DNA from: Lytechinus pictus
Lineage: Eukaryota
DNA length: 60,000 nt
Reading direction: 5' to 3'
Assembly (NCBI RefSeq): GCF_037042905.1
Contig: NC_087251.1
Coordinates: 31,498,001-31,558,000 of the forward strand
The notes under the pieces were generated by a model. The model searched no databases. It saw nothing but the letters and a program-made list of their open reading frames with translations, and was not told the DNA's origin. The translations under genes and the position numbers were made by a program. Of the stretch, positions 54,071 through 60,000 are shown one piece after another (positions within the stretch are counted from its first letter, which is position 1; each line of letters starts with the position of its first letter).

Positions 54071-54415
54071 ATGTGTGAAACACCCCCATATGCAGATCTC
54101 ATACAGATTTATCTTTAATTGTACCTTTAAATCATACATAAAAGCAATTTGCATTTGATGTTTTGTACTTGTGCTCAACCAAAAGTTCATGTGTGAAACA
54201 CCCCCATATGAGGATATAGGGTTGTTTCATACAGATTTATGTTTAATCGTACTTTCAAGGTCACACATCAAAGCAATTGCATTTGATCATTCTAGACTTA
54301 CGCTCAACCAAAAGTTCATGTGTGAAACACCCCAATATGCAGATATAGGGTTGTTTCATACACATACAGAGTTTAATATTTAATCGTACTTTTAAAGTCA
54401 CTAATAAAAGCAATG
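54071..54415. repeat. Tandem repeat, about 3 copies of a 118-129-bp unit
   Basis: ATGTGTGAAACACCC starts at 54071, 54189 and 54318. Confidence 0.85.
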
Positions 54416-54593
54416 TGTAATCTCATTGATAAACTTTTTACCAATAAAGGCGAGTCCCTAGAGCATGATAGAACCAATGCCATGATAGGAACTCAATAAC
54501 GACTGGGACACTTTGTGAACCAGCCTACAGAAACAATAGAATTTACTCTCTTTCGCTCTGAGACAAAGATACTACAATAGCAATCATAGTATT

Positions 54594-54725
54594 TTAGATG
54601 ACGGCATTGGGTGTGATGGCTGCCTTGTCCGAGTTTGGATCCAACGTTGGTTTATCTCTCACACGTCTGATGATGGACAGGATAGAGATGATTAACCAGA
54701 AGAGAACAGAAAACCAAGATGCACT
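54594..54725 (-). CDS. Terminal coding exon of a membrane protein, TMEM179-like; upstream exons not found in the window
   Basis: Strong TTTTTTTTCAG acceptor; 44 codons SASWFSVLFWLIISILSIIRRVRDKPTLDPNSDKAAITPNAVI*; a TM helix with a W-x5-W pattern, basic stop-transfer residues and an -AVI end as recalled for TMEM179. Confidence 0.62.
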   Translation of the reverse strand, partial: SASWFSVLFWLIISILSIIRRVRDKPTLDPNSDKAAITPNAVI

Positions 54726-56225
54726 CTGAAAAAAACAAGGAAAATCAAGGTCAACATTGATGCGATTATAAATTCATAATTTTGCCATCAACGAGAGAAG
54801 AAAATGTAAATTTAATATCTCATGTGATGCATCAAAAGAGGCATGAACTCACAGGAAATGAACTAAATCATATGTCTCCCAAAAAATAAAATAAAATAAA
54901 AGAATGTGTGACCTATATGTAGGATATAAGCAATGGTTAATTTTAAAAAGAACCTCTGATTTTATAAACTTACAGAACAAATATTTACGTCAATTTGATT
55001 AAAATGGTGCAGCATTTTCAGAATGAAAATAAAAAGCGGGGAGAGAAAAAAAAATTGTGTCATTATATGACTGTCACTCCAAGAAGGACTTCAATTAGTG
55101 ATCAGATAAATTCCTGTACTGCAGTCAAAGTCAATCTAGTCCTTTCTGCCCCATGGTCTAAAACCGTACAATTACCGTAATAGTTTACACCTCATTAAAC
55201 AACATCCCTTTTCATTCCATAATACATAGAAAGAATACCAAATATGAGAACACCAAATATGTATTTTAGATAATTTGACCTTGGGATATATTTGTTAGAG
55301 CTAATTAATAAAAGAGAAACCATTCCTCCCTCTCATCCATAATTAATTGGCACACATCATTTGGCATTACCGCTCAGACAAAAAACTTTCCTTAATGAGC
55401 CCATTAAAAAGCAAGGTCTTCACAATTAAAAAATGATTAATTGAAGCCAGAGGAAACATAATTCAAGTAGTAGGTAGGGGCTGATTGGTACGAAGTATTT
55501 TTGGTGAAAATGAGTTTTATATTCAACTGTCATTCATATAAAAATGCCAAGAAATAAAAGTAAAAAAAACCCAATAATTGCATGATCATTTCAAGAACTT
55601 TGGATGAACTTTATAAAATGGAAATTAAACTGTGTATTGCTCATGTGGTGTGAAGGTGAATTAATCAATGGATGATAGTGAGGAGGAAATAGCTTATGCC
55701 ATGAAATAAATATGTAAGCAGGCAGACTGAATGCATTATTATGATGAAGGAAAGGAAGGAGCTCTAGTGATTGATAATGCCCAGAGACAACCAAAAATTG
55801 CCAGCAGTCTGGGTGATCTATACCTATACAGATAAAATTTTATGCGAAACTGACTGTACGGTATAGGATTTTTCCAAGAAAGATGAAAACAGCGACTTAT
55901 ATGGCATCAGCAAATGAGTTTTATTCTGCCATTAATCATACATGATATGATAGATAAACCAGGAAACATACACATACATATTCACAACAATTACCCGGTA
56001 CTACAACTGTGTACTGTTGATATACAAACATACTAGTACTGTACATGATAGACACTTGTAGTATATTTACAACACAGACACCATGAAATCACATAATGAT
56101 TATACATACATGTACATTACATTACATTGTATCCAGAACTGTGATCATCAAAGAAACAAAATGAACATTATCATATCAATTATACCATTTAATCAGCACT
56201 TAAGAAATAAAAGCTATATTAAATA

Positions 56226-57405
56226 CAGTGCATTTCAGAAAAAAAAAAGGTAATTCAAATCTAGAGGGCTGATATTCAAATCATATTTAATTTTGTGAAA
56301 TTATTCTGCATGGATGTAAAAGAAAAACTCATCAGCTTTCCATTGATACCCTATTTTTACCATTTGTGTCACGCATGACCGAAGTAATTGGTATTGAAGA
56401 CAACAGGTGCAGATACCACTTTTTCCAAGTTTTTGAAAACTTGACGAAAGGGCAGATGCTGATGTTAATACTTCCATCGATGCCTGAGCTGGCAAAAATC
56501 TTGATTTAACCTGTTTTCTTCCAAAGGAGTGTAAATGGGCGAATGTACTTGCAAATGATTAAAGAGAATATCATACCACAGTCGTTGGACCAACATTTTG
56601 AGAGGCAGGTTCGAGGAGTGTACTTGCATCTTTGGTGGATTCAGGCAGGACTCCTGTCCTTTGCTCCAACATCGTTTGAGATAGACTCAAAGAACTCTTT
56701 GGACATCAAGTTGTTGCCCTTGAACATGACGTAGAATGGCCACCAAGATCCCCTGACCTTGCACCCTGTGATTATATCCTTTGGGGACACTTAAAAAAAC
56801 AAAGTATTTGTAACTCCTCCCGAAGATGATCCTAAGCACTGTTTGAAGACATTGAAATTTGTGAGATATTTCCTATTTTTGAGCAAGCGCCATGAGCGCC
56901 CAGCTGAGGCGGATACCGGCGCTTTACAAGAATCCATCATCATCATCATCAAGATCTTGATGATTTGCAGGGCCGAATTCGACATCAGGTGGATGTTGTT
57001 TGTGCAATGATCCGGCAATGGTAAGACGAGCTGTCCAAGATATCCTTAATCTCTCCACACTACCGGTTTTGTGTGCAAAGGAGAGGAGGACATGTCGAAG
57101 GTGTGGGTGAACATTAAGACATTAACCTTTCTATCATTTCATTCCCAAAATTACTTTGAAAAACATTTTATTCTATCAAGTGCACACTTTACCCCCTTTA
57201 CCAAAACTTGAAAAAGTGGTATCAGCACCTCTTGTCTTCAACATCAATTAATTTGGTCATGAGTGGCGCAGATAGTACAAATAGGGTATCAATGAGTAGC
57301 TGATGAGTTTCTCTTTCATATCCATGCAGAATAATTTCACAATATTAAACATGATCCAAATATCGGCCCTCTAGATTTGGATTACCTTTTTTCTGAAATG
57401 CACTG
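56226..57405 (+). mobile_element. Tc1/mariner-superfamily element, internally deleted, with transposase remnant
   Basis: TA|CAGTGCATTTCAGAAAA ... TTTTCTGAAATGCACTG|TA; ~200-bp TIRs; WPPRSPDLAPCDYILWGHLK motif near 56735-56795. Confidence 0.9.
56828..56950 (+). mobile_element. Short retroposed 3' tail (L2-like) inserted in the transposase remnant
   Basis: AAGCGCC...GGCGCTT stem, (CAT)n tail, AAGAT duplicated at 56823-56827 and 56951-56955; removal restores TPPEDLDDLQGRIR. Confidence 0.65.
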
Positions 57406-59660
57406 TATATATATATATATATATATGACAATTCCAATGCATTCTGATATCATGTTAATTGTAATGGAAGGAGGTTTCAGACATTATTATCACTACCAAA
57501 ATCAATGGATTTAGTGATAACACTAAATACACATTATAAATCATCACTTTGACCTATAATACAGGCGGAGGCTGCAGCTTTTGTCTTTCCCTTAACGAGT
57601 CTGATGATGTTACATGTATGTGTAAGATGCAAAGGACTGCGCACTCCGGTCTTGCATTTAGTTCTTGATTTCTTTTAATTGACAAGGATTCAGTGCAGAA
57701 TTTTTGTCAGTCAGTCCTAAGATATCGCCACTTGCAATAGGTAACGTCTTTAAAACCTCCACCTAGTGATCACAAGAAGAGATCAGCATAGACATTTTTG
57801 TGAATTTTTATCTATATCTGTGCATAAACAGAGTCCCAAGTGGTGATACATGATCATTTATAGATGTATAAATAATAATGTATTACCACTGTTGATTGCC
57901 TGCATCATCCATCACCATTAGCAATAATGTCTGAAAAGGAGAGACTACATATTATGGGTACAGCTAATTAATCTGTTATCGATTGAGACACGGAATTGCG
58001 AACTCTACCTGTACTGTATAATTACATCAATTGCATGTCTGTAGACAGCACAAGCTACATATTGGCCACCCAAGGACTCCTTGGTCCAACATAACAGTAA
58101 TTTTGAGGAATAGGGGATTGACAAACTGAAAAGATTAAAGAATAAGGGAATAAAAAGACCCATGCAGTTGAGTCATCTTAATACCCTAGAGGGTTAATAT
58201 AATATTGAAATATACATTACAACACCAACAACAACCCTTCAAGCAGGGACTCAGTTTTAAGGGGAGCACAGCAACAAGCTCTCCTTATTCAAGGGGAGCT
58301 TCATCGTTCGAGTACAAAATGGATGGAGGAATGTACACTGACCACAACTAAGGAGAAACAATCAGATGTACATGTACATGTATATGCAACATTTATCTTG
58401 ACAATGAACTTTTAATTGTCATTCTTGTAATGTGTGTTATTGTTTAATACAATGTAATTGTGTAATTGTGTGTTCTTATTTGACTGAGAATGAGGTTTTC
58501 AAGGTTGGCTCCATGGCTCTAACAGTTTGATCATTAGCTAAACTCTTGTTCTACATATGTGATGTCAGAAAAGAGATTATACCTGGAAATATTATGTTGC
58601 CTGATTTCTAGTTTTTCTGCATTTATCATTTCATGTCACAAAAAAACCCAATTCACTGAGGCGAGTGATAAATCGCTCTACCAGAAATGGATTAAGGCGA
58701 GCAATAGCGAGCAATCGCTCTCGCTCACCTTAAAACTGATTCCCTGCTTCAAGATTATTACCTCATGTGTTTCTTATTAGAACATACATTTCAACATTAC
58801 ATCACAATACATCTTGATAGAAAATACTGACTGGTACTTATAAAGGAAAAAAGCTATGGAAATTCATTAGCAACCATAATCACCGACATTTGATGACATT
58901 TGTATGGAAAAAATTGTCTTTACAATTACAATACCACATAAAATAAAATGACAAAACCTTCCTTTCATTCTCAAATCCATTAGATCATTCAAAACTATGG
59001 GTGTTCTCAAAGCGTGAGGTGGTAGGTTAGTAAAGACTGGTTTAGGCAAGCAAAGGATACTGGTAGGTCAGGGTTAGGAATTCTACAGGCTCGGGAGCTA
59101 CTTCATGTTGTTAATTGTTAGCACATGCATTATTTGCAGGCAACGTGCAGCCAACTGGGGGGGGGGGGGTGTGTGTCTCTGACCATGATCATAATAAACC
59201 TACTTTTAATATTTTTATGACAGCATGGGTCTGCGCTCTTCTGTATTCCCCACGGCTATAGTGTCTTTGTCCCGGAAGCGTCGGAAAATACTCATGAGAG
59301 TAATGACCATCCAAAAGAGGACTGAAAACCAGGATGCACCCTAAAAGCAATTGTAAAGACTATGTAAACTTATTCAATTGTAATACCACAACAATATCAA
59401 CAAGGATTCAAAACCCATTGATTTGATTTTTTAAATGGAAGATTTTTTTTAATTAAAGGATGTAACTTGTTCAAAGCTATACTATTACTTAAATGGAAAT
59501 TCAGAATAATGTGAAAGCTTGAAGTCTATTATCAGATATATGTTCAAGTTTTTTGCTTTATGTTTAAAAAATTTGTACAAGCTGACATCACCTACTTTAC
59601 AGATTTATAAGGTTATGTGCATCCCATTCCCAATCATTATGTACTACACAAAATCTTTAA

Positions 59661-60000
59661 AGGGGAATCCAACCCAAATAAAAACTTGTTTTTGTAAGAA
59701 AAAGAATAATCAGACAAGTTGATAGGTGAAAGTTTGAACAATATTGGACAAACAACGAGAAAGTTATGATTTTTTTTAAGTTGTAAATATTGGTAATCAC
59801 TATACCCATGGAGACTTCAAATTGGCCGCATATGGGATGTCATAGTGATGTAAGGCAAGGACTACTCTTCCATGTACTCCAATACATATTGTGGCTAAAA
59901 TGTCATTTTCCCAAAAAAGTTTTATTTCAAATTATATTTTTCTTTCATGAGGACATAAAACAATATACTACCTGGATTATATTTAGATTACTGCCCCAGG
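59661..60000. mobile_element. Left part of another Kolobok-like MITE (cut by window edge)
   Basis: TTAA|AGGGGAATCCAACCC start and GAAAGTTTGA...AGAAAGTTATGA motifs shared with the 41520 and 21571 elements. Confidence 0.6.

Noticed and set aside
58560..58640. Candidate upstream exon of the TMEM179-like gene (CAG|GTATAA on the minus strand)
   Set aside because: In-frame stop three codons upstream of the terminal CAG in the required phase.

Overview
AT-rich, intron-rich animal genomic DNA. It is probably an echinoderm such as a sea urchin, inferred from the repeat families and not proven. Three host genes are visible. (1) The 5' part of cytoplasmic dynein 1 heavy chain (DYNC1H1) lies on the minus strand: 16 coding exons, ATG at 16393, running off the window at base 1. 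(2) A complete metastasis-associated protein gene (MTA family, NuRD subunit) lies on the plus strand, head-to-head with dynein: 19 coding exons, 22451-38365, about 727-735 aa, with an extra C2H2 finger. (3) A terminal coding exon on the minus strand (54594-54725) resembles the C-terminus of TMEM179. Introns and intergenic DNA are full of mobile elements, several of them nested. These include a full-length but decayed PAT-like tyrosine-recombinase retrotransposon with identical split direct repeats inside a TTAA-targeting Kolobok-like MITE, an AcademH derivative with a RecQ-helicase fragment inside a Helentron-associated (DINE-1/Tsp-like) element, Sola1-like, hAT-like, Harbinger-like and Tc1/mariner elements, a CR1/L2-type LINE 3' end and four tRNA-derived SINEs with different tails. 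The most notable observations are a candidate spliced expression route for the retroelement recombinase, an unexplained perfect 98-bp inverted repeat between the divergent genes, a decayed duplicate of a dynein exon start with an intact acceptor, a splice-switchable bipartite NLS in MTA, and the apparent DYNC1H1-MTA-TMEM179 linkage also seen on human 14q32.3. All calls come from manual reading; no database searches were run.
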